A DNA stretch of 64,000 bases, taken from NCBI RefSeq assembly GCF_017469785.1, contig NZ_JAFUFU010000008.1. The stretch is one strand, 5' to 3'. Positions 23,516 through 33,017 of the stretch are shown piece after piece (positions within the stretch are counted from its first letter, which is position 1; each line of letters starts with the position of its first letter). Below the pieces are notes generated by a model. It did not search any database and was not told the DNA's origin. It saw only the letters and a list, made by a program, of their open reading frames with translations. The position numbers were made by a program, and so were the translations under genes. The DNA is from Treponema sp. GTDB taxonomy: Bacteria > Spirochaetota > Spirochaetia > Treponematales > Treponemataceae.

Positions 23516-23575
23516 GCCGTTTCCCGCATGGAGGCGGGCTTGGAGAAGTAACGGCTTTCTGTTACACTTCATCTC

Positions 23576-24286
23576 ATGTCTCAGCCAAAATTATTCAGCA
23601 TTATCGACAAAGCTGTCTACGATTATAAAATGATTGAGCCGGGGGATAAAATCCTTGTGGGGGCTTCCGGCGGTAAGGATTCTACGGCTCTAATAGAATA
23701 TCTGGCCAATCGCTCTAAGAGGAAGGACGCTGATTTTTCTTTTACGGCCATTCATATCGAGACTGATTTTGAGGCCTGCACCATGAGCCCCCGGCTTAGA
23801 AAACAGCTTGAGGAATGGAATGTGGACACGTTGAATTATTTCGTGGATGTGGAAAACCGGGTAAAAGAAGGCTTTAAGATGAGCTGCTACTGGTGCTCGA
23901 ACCAGCGGCGAAACGAGCTTGTGCATTTTGCGGTCAAAAACGGCTACAACAAGCTGGCTCTGGGGCATCACCTTGATGACATTCTTGAGACCTTGCTAAT
24001 GAACATGCTCCGTAAAGGCGAGCTTTCCACCATGCCACCCAGATTGAACTATGAGAAATATCCTCTTTCAATCATCCGCCCTCTCTGTTACGCCGATGTT
24101 GAGACAATAAAAGAACATGCAAAAGAATCCGGCTATATCAGCACAACCTGCACCTGCATGTATCAGGACAATTCCGGCCGGAAGGACGCACGGGCGCGGC
24201 TTGAAGCCCTGACAAAAGGAGACCGTCGGGCAAAGGAGCGAATGCTTGCCTCTTTGAGAAACATCAACCGGGAGTATCTTCCATAA
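23576..24286 (+). CDS. ttcA: PP-loop ATPase, TtcA-like tRNA 2-thiocytidine synthetase
   Basis: The SGGKDS PP-loop, CYWCSNQRR and a C-terminal CTC Cys cluster. Confidence 0.75.
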   Translation: MSQPKLFSIIDKAVYDYKMIEPGDKILVGASGGKDSTALIEYLANRSKRKDADFSFTAIHIETDFEACTMSPRLRKQLEEWNVDTLNYFVDVENRVKEGFKMSCYWCSNQRRNELVHFAVKNGYNKLALGHHLDDILETLLMNMLRKGELSTMPPRLNYEKYPLSIIRPLCYADVETIKEHAKESGYISTTCTCMYQDNSGRKDARARLEALTKGDRRAKERMLASLRNINREYLP

Positions 24287-24364
24287 GCGCGGGGAAAACT
24301 TTCCCTTCTGCATAACGCCCCCTTTTTTCTTGCCGATAGCCCTTCTTTCTATTATATTTATAGT

Positions 24365-27127
24365 ATGAGCAAACACGATGATGATAAGAATTCAAACAAT
24401 GAAAATATAGATTTAGATGAAGTCAAAGGTGCTTTTAAGGATTTTATGAAAGACAATTTTGATGTGGACATAAACGTTGATGAACTGCCCGATGCGGTAG
24501 AAATTCCGATTGACGGTGAAAAGTCATCCGAAAAATCTTCTGATGTGCCTGCCGGAGAAAAGGACGACAAATCGGAGAGTTCAGGCGGAAATTCTTCTGA
24601 GAAGGAAGCCGAGCCTGCTCACAAAAAGGGCAAGCGCACTCGAAAAGTTTCCCTCAAAGACTTGGGCGAGGATGCCCAGATTATGCCCATCGAGGACTTT
24701 TTGCCTCCCAAACTGAACATAATTCCCGTGGCGGGCCGTCCCATGTTCCCGGGCATTTTCACGCCCATTATGATTAATTCTCCCGAAGACGCAAAAACCG
24801 TAGAGAGCGTCTACGAGGGTGACGGATTTATCGGTCTTGTTCTTTTAAAAGACGATGATTCAAAAGACGGCGACAAGACTCCCAATATCAAGGATTTGTA
24901 CACGGTGGGAACCGTGGCCCGTATCGTGCGAAAAATCAACCTTCCTGACGGCGGAATCAACATCTTCATTTCTACGATAAAACGTTTCAGAATCCGAAAG
25001 TCTTTAAGCGCGTCGAATCCGATTGTGGCCGCCGTTGAGTACCTTGAAGACGAAGAATTCGACACTTTTGAGGTCAAGGCACTCACCCGCGCCCTCATCA
25101 GCGAAATGAAGGAAATCAGCGAGAACAATCCTCTTTTCAGCGAGGAAATGCGCCTCAACATGGTCAACATCGACAATCCGGGCAAAATCGCTGACTTCGT
25201 GGCTTCTGTCCTCAATGTTGAGAAGGCTGACCAGCAGAAAGTCCTTGAAGAGACTAATGTCCGGGCCCGAATGGAGCAGGTTCTGGTCTACATCAAAAAA
25301 GATCAGGATCTGCTTAGAATCCAGAAAAAGATTCAGAACGAACTTAACGAGAATTTTGAAAAGAACCAGCGGGAATACTTCCTCCGTGAAGAAATGAAAA
25401 TGATTCAGGACGAGCTGGGAGTGGGCGAGGACGGCTCTGACTACCAGAAATTCAAGGCCAGAATCGCTGATTTTGAATTCGAGGGAGAAATCTTAGAAAC
25501 GGTTGAGAACGAACTTGAAAAATTCAAGCTCATGGATCCAAGTTCCAGCGAGTATTTTGTCTCACGGAATTATCTGGAGCTGGTCTGCTCCCTTCCCTGG
25601 CGGGACGAGTCAAAAGAAAACTACGATTTGGTAAAAGCCGCAAAGATTTTGGAGCGCGACCACTACGGCCTTGACGATGTTAAGAAGCGAATCATGGAAT
25701 ACCTTGCCGTGCGAAAGCTCAAGAACGACAACAAAGGCTCAATCATGATTCTCGTGGGGCCTCCGGGCGTGGGTAAAACTTCCATCGGTCACTCAATCGC
25801 CGAGGCCATGAACAAGCCTTTCTACCGCTTTTCTGTGGGCGGAATGCGTGACGAGGCTGAAATAAAAGGCCACCGCCGCACTTATGTTGGAGCCATGCCA
25901 GGAAAAATCCTTCAGGGGCTGAAAATCGCCAAAACCAAGTCTCCTGTCTTTTTGATTGACGAGGTTGACAAAATGGGAGCCAGCTATTCTGGCGGCGACC
26001 CGGCTTCTGCCTTGCTTGAAGTCCTTGACCCAGAGCAGAATGTTAGTTTCCGCGACTCATACTTGGATTTGCCTTTTGATGTTTCAAATGTTTTCTTCAT
26101 TCTTACGGCAAACACACTGGACAAAATCCCTGAGCCTCTTCTTGACCGTGCGGAAATCATCTCCCTTGCAGGCTACATCGATCAGGAAAAGCTTGAGATT
26201 GCAAAAAAATACCTTATTCCGAAGAATCTCGTTAAGAACGGCCTGGCGAAAAATCAGGTCAAATACACAAAAGAAGCCCTGCTCAGAATCGCCGAGGAGT
26301 ATGCCAGGGAGGCGGGTGTCCGTCACTATGAAAAGTGCGTTGACAAAATCCACCGCAAGCTTATCACCCAGATTCTCACGGGAATTCCTGCCGAAAGCAA
26401 AAAGCTTGGCTCTGTAACAAAGTCCATCACTGACGAGGAAATCGGCTCCCTCAAAAAAGAGACTTTTGTGATTGACGCTCCCGATTTGGACAAGTACCTT
26501 GGAAAGCCTGTCTTCGACGAAAGCGAAATCAAAAAAGCTGACAGACCTGGAACTGCAATCGGCTTGGCTTGGACCAGCATGGGAGGCGACACTCTCTTAA
26601 TCGAGTCAATCACTTTCCCCAGCGACAAGGGAGGCTTGCAGCTCACCGGTCAGATGGGAGATGTAATGAAGGAGTCAGCCCAGATTGCCATGAACTGGGT
26701 CAAGCAGTACGCCATCGAGCACAACATCAAAAAAGCCCAGTGGTTCGAGCGCAACACGATACACCTTCACATTCCTGAAGGAGCGACCCCGAAAGACGGA
26801 CCGAGCGCGGGAATCACCATGGCAACCACTCTCATGTCACTTTTGACAGGTCGGCCAATAAAGCCCAATGTTGCCATGACGGGCGAGCTTGACCTGACAG
26901 GGGCTGTCATGCCGATTGGGGGCTTGCGTGAAAAGACTGTGGCGGCTCGCCGCAACGGAATCAAGACGATTTTTATCCCCAAAGCCAATGAGCGGGACCT
27001 GGACGACATTCCTGACCATGTAAAGAAGGGAATCACTTTCATCCCGGTGCGACAGGCAATGGAAGTGATGAAACAGATTTTCCAGCCCGCCGTCAAAAAA
27101 AGCGAAGACGTGGAGTATGGCTTTTAA
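24365..27127 (+). CDS. lon: ATP-dependent Lon protease with a ~105-aa acidic N-terminal extension
   Basis: GPPGVGKTS Walker A and the protease motif DGPSAGITMATTL. The canonical Lon N-domain begins near Met107 (ATG 24683), which is an alternative start. Confidence 0.95.
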   Translation: MSKHDDDKNSNNENIDLDEVKGAFKDFMKDNFDVDINVDELPDAVEIPIDGEKSSEKSSDVPAGEKDDKSESSGGNSSEKEAEPAHKKGKRTRKVSLKDLGEDAQIMPIEDFLPPKLNIIPVAGRPMFPGIFTPIMINSPEDAKTVESVYEGDGFIGLVLLKDDDSKDGDKTPNIKDLYTVGTVARIVRKINLPDGGINIFISTIKRFRIRKSLSASNPIVAAVEYLEDEEFDTFEVKALTRALISEMKEISENNPLFSEEMRLNMVNIDNPGKIADFVASVLNVEKADQQKVLEETNVRARMEQVLVYIKKDQDLLRIQKKIQNELNENFEKNQREYFLREEMKMIQDELGVGEDGSDYQKFKARIADFEFEGEILETVENELEKFKLMDPSSSEYFVSRNYLELVCSLPWRDESKENYDLVKAAKILERDHYGLDDVKKRIMEYLAVRKLKNDNKGSIMILVGPPGVGKTSIGHSIAEAMNKPFYRFSVGGMRDEAEIKGHRRTYVGAMPGKILQGLKIAKTKSPVFLIDEVDKMGASYSGGDPASALLEVLDPEQNVSFRDSYLDLPFDVSNVFFILTANTLDKIPEPLLDRAEIISLAGYIDQEKLEIAKKYLIPKNLVKNGLAKNQVKYTKEALLRIAEEYAREAGVRHYEKCVDKIHRKLITQILTGIPAESKKLGSVTKSITDEEIGSLKKETFVIDAPDLDKYLGKPVFDESEIKKADRPGTAIGLAWTSMGGDTLLIESITFPSDKGGLQLTGQMGDVMKESAQIAMNWVKQYAIEHNIKKAQWFERNTIHLHIPEGATPKDGPSAGITMATTLMSLLTGRPIKPNVAMTGELDLTGAVMPIGGLREKTVAARRNGIKTIFIPKANERDLDDIPDHVKKGITFIPVRQAMEVMKQIFQPAVKKSEDVEYGF

Positions 27128-27250
27128 AATCTGACGCGGATAAACGCAGATGCACGCGGATTTTTGAACCACAGATTACACAGATGGCACAGAGTTTGGA
27201 GAAATTTCCTTTTACAAAAATCTCTCTGTGAACTCCGTGCCCTCTGTGAG
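27128..27250. repeat. REP-like intergenic element (ACGCGGAT x2, CACAGA x3 and its inverted partner)
   Basis: GACGCGGATAAACGCAGATGCACGCGGATT, then AACCACAGATTACACAGATGGCACAGAG ... CTCTCTGTGAACTCCGTGCCCTCTGTGAG. In 28 nt, 24 positions are shared with 32487-32515. Confidence 0.65.
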
Positions 27251-27271
27251 AAATTTACAATTGAGGTTTTT

Positions 27272-28528
27272 ATGTTTGCACGAGTTTTTTTGAATAAAAA
27301 GGAAGAAGAGGAAATCAAGCAGGGCTTTCCCTGGGTCTTTGACAATGAGATTTCCCACATCAAATATGATTCTGCTGAGGGCGTAAAGCAGGCCTCTTTG
27401 GCAGAATGTGCCGCATGTGACGATGTAAAAGACGGAAGCGTCGTTGAAGTATTTGCCAAGGGCGGAGCTTTTTTGGGAAGCGGCGTAATCAACAAAAAAT
27501 CAAAAATCACCGTCCGACTGATTGGAAGCGAGCACGCCGACCAGATTATGGCGGACGCACAGGCTTTCTATGACGAGAAGATTCAGGCTGCCTACGATTT
27601 GCGGAAACTGCATTATTCAATAAAGGATTCTTACCGCCTTGTTTACGGCGAGGCTGATTTTATCCCCGGCCTTATCGTCGAGCGATTCTATGACGTGAAC
27701 AAAAATGTCTATCTGGTCGTTCAGTTCTCAACTTTAAGCTGCGAGGTCTTCCGAAAGGAAATCATGCACGCCTTGCGAAAAATCATAAAGCCCTACGGAG
27801 TCTACGAGAAAAGCGATGCTCCCAGCCGCGAAAAGGAAGGCCTTAAATTGAGATGCTGCTGGGACGGCGAAGTTCGGGAAGAAAAAATCACTATCTGTGA
27901 GAACGATGTTTTAATTGAAGTTGACTTGGCAAACGGTCAGAAGACCGGCTACTTCCTTGACCAGAAAGACAACCGCCGCGTGGCAGGAAGTCTTTCTCAG
28001 GGAAAGCGTGTCTTGGATACCTTCACCCACACAGGAGCCTTCGGCTTGAACTGCGTGAAGGGCGGGGCAAAGGAAGTCATTTCCGTGGATATTTCCCCGG
28101 AAGCCGTTGAGCTGGTCAAGAAAAATATCGAAATGAACAAAGCCGGCTCTAAAATGAAGGCCGTCTGCGCCGATGTGTTTGATTTGCTAAAAGAATACGA
28201 AAAATCTGGCGAAAAATTCGATTTGATTATCCTCGATCCGCCGGCTTTTACCAAAAGTGCCAAGAATATCGAAAAGGCTTATGGCGGCTACAAGGAAATC
28301 AACCTCCGTGCCATGCGCCTCTTGAATCCAAAGGGAATCCTCGTCACCTGCTCATGCTCATATTTCTTCGATGCGGATCATTTCTACGGAATGCTCATGA
28401 AAGCCGCCGAAGACTCAAAAAAACGGGTGCAGATTCTCGCAAAATACGGAGCTGGCCCCGACCATCCTGTTTTGTTGGGCTACCCGAAATCAGAATACCT
28501 GAAGTGCGCGGTCTGCCGGGTAATTTAA
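27272..28528 (+). CDS. rlmI: PUA-domain class I SAM-dependent rRNA (cytosine-C5) methyltransferase, RlmI-like
   Basis: N-terminal KKEEEEIKQGFPWVFDNEI (PUA-like), then VLDTFTHTGAFG and ILDPPAF motifs. The start is moved to the ATG at 27272 (GAGG RBS), because the upstream part of the ORF is repeat sequence. Confidence 0.75.
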   Translation: MFARVFLNKKEEEEIKQGFPWVFDNEISHIKYDSAEGVKQASLAECAACDDVKDGSVVEVFAKGGAFLGSGVINKKSKITVRLIGSEHADQIMADAQAFYDEKIQAAYDLRKLHYSIKDSYRLVYGEADFIPGLIVERFYDVNKNVYLVVQFSTLSCEVFRKEIMHALRKIIKPYGVYEKSDAPSREKEGLKLRCCWDGEVREEKITICENDVLIEVDLANGQKTGYFLDQKDNRRVAGSLSQGKRVLDTFTHTGAFGLNCVKGGAKEVISVDISPEAVELVKKNIEMNKAGSKMKAVCADVFDLLKEYEKSGEKFDLIILDPPAFTKSAKNIEKAYGGYKEINLRAMRLLNPKGILVTCSCSYFFDADHFYGMLMKAAEDSKKRVQILAKYGAGPDHPVLLGYPKSEYLKCAVCRVI

Positions 28529-28590
28529 AATTGAAAGCAAAAGTTTTGGGTTTTCAAGGATTTCGGTCGCGCTTGTCCATCTGATTGCTG

Positions 28591-29611
28591 TTATTTATAA
28601 ATAAGCTTTGTCTCCAGGTTGATTGGTGTCTGGCAGTTTGAGGAAAGTTCATTGATGTCAAGCTGTGATTTTGTGACAATCGTTACTGTCACCATGCCAT
28701 TTTCATGGTTCCTTTGCTCATAAATCAAGCGTCCGCAATCGTCATATTCTCTGTAAACATTCTCTTCTTCTTCCTTGTCACCTTCATTTGGAAGCAAAGG
28801 CTTTATGCCACCGATTTCAAAAAAATCATATCCTTTCGTAAAGGTGTAGCAGCTTCCATGGGCGAGTTCTTTGTCAGAAAAATTATACTGGGTTGTCTTA
28901 TAAAGATTCTTATCTCTTGAATATGTATTGTCCATCTTCATCCAGCCGTTCATGTAAAAGCGACAGCACAGAGACTTGTCCTCATTCCAGATTCTGATTA
29001 TGTCAAAAATCCGTCCGTTTCCTTCAAGCTCATCAAACTCAATGTAGTTGTCCCCGTCCCATGCCGTAAAAGGAGAATAGTCGCTTTTTTCAGTTTTCCT
29101 TCTCTGGTAGAAGTATGTATTTTCGTCAATTTTTGTGATTTCAGTGGCGGGAACAGAAAGTCCTTGCTTTGATGTCTTAAGGCTGGCCGCTTCTGATAAC
29201 GAGTATTTTATTTTTTCCCCGCGTTTGTAGACTGTTACGCTTGAATCATTCCAGCGCACATGAATGTCCCAGTCAGGATGCTTTTCAGTCTTTTCCTCGA
29301 AATAATTCCAGTTTGAAATGTCGGTGAGCACGCCGTTTGAATACTCAAGACGCCTTACGGTGGCGGACTTCAAAATTTTTGACTTGTAATCAGTGTAATA
29401 AAGGCTGTAAATATAGTTATCGCTTGAAGTGTCGTAGTTGATGTTCCAGTCTGAATAATTCTGGTCAAGGTTTATCATAAGGTTGATGATTTTTCCATGC
29501 TCTTCGGAAATGGAAATTTCAGGGTTCTGGGGGGGGGATTTTTTTTTCGCATGAAAGGAAAAAAACAACCGAAAACAGCATGAAAAAAAATTTTGAGAGA
29601 ATTTTAGGCAT
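28591..29611 (-). CDS. Lipoprotein gene interrupted by a frameshift in a homopolymer pair (phase-variable or pseudogene)
   Basis: A GGAGGAG RBS precedes the ATG at 29611, which encodes MPKILSKFFFMLFSVVFFLSC (lipobox). This frame stops at 29519-29521. The 325-codon body (28591-29568) is in the frame reached by deleting 1 nt in the A9 or C9 tract. Confidence 0.65.
29529..29547. repeat. Homopolymer pair G9-A-T9 (C9/A9 on the coding strand)
   Basis: Counted directly: G at 29529-29537, A at 29538, T at 29539-29547. The tract lies immediately after the lipobox Cys codon. Confidence 0.9.
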
Positions 29612-29714
29612 GACTCCTCCGAAATAATGCAGAAAACTAATTATAATTGCAAGCCTTAACTTGAATCAAGTGTATTCTTTATCATATAATCAATTTTATA
29701 AGGGAGAATTGAAA

Positions 29715-30557
29715 ATGAAAAAAAGTTTGATGGCAATCTGCACGATTGTTTTTTTATCTGCGCTCTTCTATTCCTGCAATGAGAAAGAGACAGGCTCTGC
29801 CGGAGATGGCGGCGAAAAAACTGCTGCCGTAAAAATCCAGAAAACGGCTCCCAGCCTTATCATCTACACTGGATGGGATTTGTATGAGGAGCGCTCTGAT
29901 GGAAAAATGTACGCCGTGGGCGAGGCTGAGACGGGAGACGCTGTTAAAATCTACCTGAACGATGATGACTCAATCCAGCAGAAAAAGGCAGTCCGCCACT
30001 TGCAGAGCGGTAAGGAAGAAAGCCTTGATTTCGTGCGCGTTCAGTATGAGGGCAAGGATTTCTGGACGCGGGATATTTTTGTTAGCGGCCCCGGAGTTTA
30101 TCTTTCCTGGGTCATGACAGAAAATGCCTTTGCCTATTCTGCGCCTGACGGAGCTAGCATTACGGGCACTCAGATTGATGAGGGAACTTTTCTTGCCGCT
30201 GAGGACGGCCAGATAGACGGTGTTAACGGTTTTTACAAAGCCGTGATTTACAACGGCAGGCCTTTCGGAAAAGAAATCTATCTCCAGTCAGAAACTTTTA
30301 CCCATGAACCAATGCTAAAAGAAATCGCCCGCACCTTCTCAAAAATCGACGAAAAGACAAAACCCGAAGTCCGCGATGAGATTTTTTTGAAATTCTATCA
30401 TGAAGCGGCTGCCTTTGAGGAATGGGAGAGGTTCTATTTCGTCAAAAAACTCATAGAGGCCAATAAAAAATCCCTTGTCTCAGAAAAAGTCAAGGAAGTC
30501 CTTTCAGATACAATTTATCAGAATATATTCGATGAAGATTTTAAAATCGATGAATAG
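29715..30557 (+). CDS. Lipoprotein, function unknown
   Basis: An AGGGAG RBS is followed by MKKSLMAICTIVFLSALFYSC with a lipobox. Confidence 0.7.
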   Translation: MKKSLMAICTIVFLSALFYSCNEKETGSAGDGGEKTAAVKIQKTAPSLIIYTGWDLYEERSDGKMYAVGEAETGDAVKIYLNDDDSIQQKKAVRHLQSGKEESLDFVRVQYEGKDFWTRDIFVSGPGVYLSWVMTENAFAYSAPDGASITGTQIDEGTFLAAEDGQIDGVNGFYKAVIYNGRPFGKEIYLQSETFTHEPMLKEIARTFSKIDEKTKPEVRDEIFLKFYHEAAAFEEWERFYFVKKLIEANKKSLVSEKVKEVLSDTIYQNIFDEDFKIDE

Positions 30558-30575
30558 GAAAATTTGGAGACTAAA

Positions 30576-31541
30576 ATGAAAAAATTGATTGCATATATTT
30601 CACTTGCACTTTTGGCGGCTTCTGCTTTCGCCAAGACGACAGGCTTCATGCTCCGGCCCAACGGTCCCCTTCGTGAGGACAAGGGAAAGGGCGGGGTAGA
30701 GTGGGCGACCACAGTTCCAGAGGGAACAGAGCTTACCATTGAGGACGAAAATCCTGTCCTCCTCACGCTGATTACCGAAAAAGAACGCTTCGATAATATC
30801 AAATTCTACAAGGTGTCATACGATAAAAAGACCTATTATGCCCGGGAAAGCGAAGTTGCCCTGGGAAAAAGCGTCACCGTCATCCTCTCTGACACCACGC
30901 TCTTTTCTAAGCCCGCAATTTCATCTTTCTTGAACGCTCAGATTGAGAAAGCTTCCCTAGTGGTGGCGGGCGAGAAATCAAAAAATGCGGACATCGACTT
31001 CACCGAGATTCAGTATTGGTCTGGAAGTGCCAGCGAAATCCGCAAGCGCTATGTCTTTTCAGAGAAAGTGAGCGAAAACAAGAAGGATTTGGAAGCTGTC
31101 CGCGTGGTAGATACGGCCCTTGCCCTCAAAAACAAAGATGCCGAAAAAGAGCGGGCTATGAAGCAGGAGCTTTTCAAGAACGCGAAGAAGCTTAACACCA
31201 GCGATGAAATCACCGAGTACGTTCAGGCTGAATACGACAAGATTTTCGGCCGGGTGGACCTTGAATCTTTCCTGACGGGCAAAATCAAGAGCGCGGACGG
31301 CTCCAAAGTGAATGTCAGAAAAGCTCCTGTTGACGGCGAAATCGTGGCTCAGCGTGAGGACGGCGATGAAATCCCTGCCTTTTGCGCCCGCTCCGCATCA
31401 AAATCAAGCTACGACGGAATCACTGATTATTGGTATGTCTATGAATCAGGCGAGGACGGACTTTACTGGATTTTCGGCGGCTACATCGAATGGGAAAATG
31501 ACAAGCCCATAGAGCAAGAAGGGGAAAGTGAAAGATTTTAA
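30576..31541 (+). CDS. Secreted protein with a C-terminal SH3b-like domain
   Basis: MKKLIAYISLALLAASAFA is a type I signal peptide. GSKVNVRKAPVDGEIVAQRE is SH3b-like. Confidence 0.6.
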   Translation: MKKLIAYISLALLAASAFAKTTGFMLRPNGPLREDKGKGGVEWATTVPEGTELTIEDENPVLLTLITEKERFDNIKFYKVSYDKKTYYARESEVALGKSVTVILSDTTLFSKPAISSFLNAQIEKASLVVAGEKSKNADIDFTEIQYWSGSASEIRKRYVFSEKVSENKKDLEAVRVVDTALALKNKDAEKERAMKQELFKNAKKLNTSDEITEYVQAEYDKIFGRVDLESFLTGKIKSADGSKVNVRKAPVDGEIVAQREDGDEIPAFCARSASKSSYDGITDYWYVYESGEDGLYWIFGGYIEWENDKPIEQEGESERF

Positions 31542-32487
31542 CTGCATTTTTGTCATAGGCCCAACCGCCGTGGGGAAAACCGCCATCGGCGTGCGCCTGG
31601 CCGACCGCTTTGACGGCGAGATTATCAGCGCGGATTCAAGGCAGGTTTATAAAGGCTTAGACATCGGAAGCGGCAAGGACTTGGCGGACTACACCCTGAA
31701 CGGAAAGAAGATTCCCTATCATCTCATCGATGTATGCGATTTAAAGCGCGAGTACAATCTTTTTGACTTTCAGGAAGATTTTTACAAAGCCCTCGCCGAC
31801 ATCACGAGCCGGGGAAAACTCCCGATTTGCGTGGGCGGAACCGGCATGTATGTGGATTCAATTCTCCATCACTACGACATGATTCCATTCGTGGAAAGGG
31901 CAGGTGAGAGGGCCGAGCTTGAAAAAAAGAGCGAAAAAGAGCTTGAAGAAATCCTCACGCGGGAAAAAGAAAAGCTCCACAACACTTCCGAATTCGGCGA
32001 CAAAGAGCGCATGATAAAATCAATCCTCATAAACCGCTTCAACATCTCAGAAGAGTGCCGCCTTGAGCGGGAAAAACTCCGTGCATCCCGCCCGGCCTTA
32101 AAGCCCCTTGTCATCGGAACGACCCTTGACCGCTCCCTCGTGCGGGAGCGAATCGCAAAACGACTTTCCGACCGCATGGAAGAAGGCCTCATCGAGGAAG
32201 TTGAGGCTCTCCATGCCCGCAGAGAAGAAAACGGGGCAGAGTGGAGCCGCCTTGAAGCCCTGGGCCTTGAATACCGTTTCGTAAGCGATTATTTACAGGG
32301 AAAATACAAATCCAAAGAAGAAATGAAAAATCTCTTGCAGCTGGCTATCGGTCAGTTCGCAAAAAGGCAGGAAACCTGGTTCCGCTGCATGGAAAAAAAA
32401 GGCATAAAAATACATTGGCTCCCCCAGATTATGGATGTGGAGGAGCGTTTCAAGGCCGCCTGCAAAATCGTTGAAGAAGAAAAATAA
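31528..32487 (+). CDS. miaA: tRNA dimethylallyltransferase
   Basis: GPTAVGKTAIGVRLA P-loop and IISADSRQVYKGLDIGSGK. The start codon is GTG. Confidence 0.9.
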   Translation: MKDFNCIFVIGPTAVGKTAIGVRLADRFDGEIISADSRQVYKGLDIGSGKDLADYTLNGKKIPYHLIDVCDLKREYNLFDFQEDFYKALADITSRGKLPICVGGTGMYVDSILHHYDMIPFVERAGERAELEKKSEKELEEILTREKEKLHNTSEFGDKERMIKSILINRFNISEECRLEREKLRASRPALKPLVIGTTLDRSLVRERIAKRLSDRMEEGLIEEVEALHARREENGAEWSRLEALGLEYRFVSDYLQGKYKSKEEMKNLLQLAIGQFAKRQETWFRCMEKKGIKIHWLPQIMDVEERFKAACKIVEEEK

Positions 32488-32515
32488 ACCACAGGTTACG
32501 CAGATGCCACAGATG
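32487..32515. repeat. Short copy of the CACAGA-type REP-like element
   Basis: AACCACAGGTTACGCAGATGCCACAGATG overlaps the final base of the miaA stop codon. Confidence 0.55.
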
Positions 32516-32571
32516 AAAGGCGCAAAAAGCCCGAAAATGCAAAAAAGGCTGGCGTAGGTGTGGTTCTGACA

Positions 32572-32606
32572 AAAACTCGCTTGAACTTGTTCACCGCGAG
32601 TTTTTT
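32572..32606. terminator. Bidirectional intrinsic terminator
   Basis: The stem AAAACTCGC/GCGAGTTTT (32572-32580 / 32596-32604) has an A-run before it and a T-run after it. Confidence 0.65.
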
Positions 32607-32656
32607 GGCAGGTTCACACCGGGAGCCCGCTTTTTTTTGTATTATTACGAATAATC

Positions 32657-32875
32657 TTACGCGTTTACCGCGATTTTCTCGCTTTCCGCTACTTTCGTCA
32701 AATATCCGGTTCGGACGCAGCTCTCGAAGAGGGCCTTGCTTATGTAGTCAGTTGTCACGTCATCATATCCGTCTTTGTCACGGACGATACGAACGACATA
32801 GCCGTCATCCATTTCGCGGACAACTGTCATGTAATCTGAATTGCTTCCAATACTTTTAAGTGTATATGTTCCCAT
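32657..32875 (-). CDS. Small hypothetical protein (72 aa)
   Basis: A GGGAG RBS precedes the ATG at 32875. The composition is protein-like (MGTYTLKSIGSNSDYMTVVREMDDGYVVRIV...). Confidence 0.5.
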   Translation of the reverse strand: MGTYTLKSIGSNSDYMTVVREMDDGYVVRIVRDKDGYDDVTTDYISKALFESCVRTGYLTKVAESEKIAVNA

Positions 32876-33017
32876 AATGATCTCCCAGCCCAAAAATTGG
32901 ACAAACTTTTCAAATTTTATCGCAGGATTACTGTCCTACATTTATATTTTCGGTATACTAAAAAAAAGTTTTAGCACTTTTTGAATTTATCTTGAATTCT
33001 AGAGGTTTAGTGAACTT

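Noticed and set aside
24313-24338. A sigma28-like promoter (TAAC-N15-GCCGATA) upstream of lon.
   Set aside because: The -35 half is imperfect. The same nucleotides fit a sigma70 TTGCCG-17-TATATT promoter equally well. A flagellar sigma factor driving lon has no supporting context.
32560-32859. A 99-aa plus-strand ORF overlapping the small minus-strand gene.
   Set aside because: It begins inside terminator and repeat sequence, has Arg/Ser-rich low-complexity composition and lacks an RBS. The antisense 72-aa gene does have an RBS and protein-like composition.
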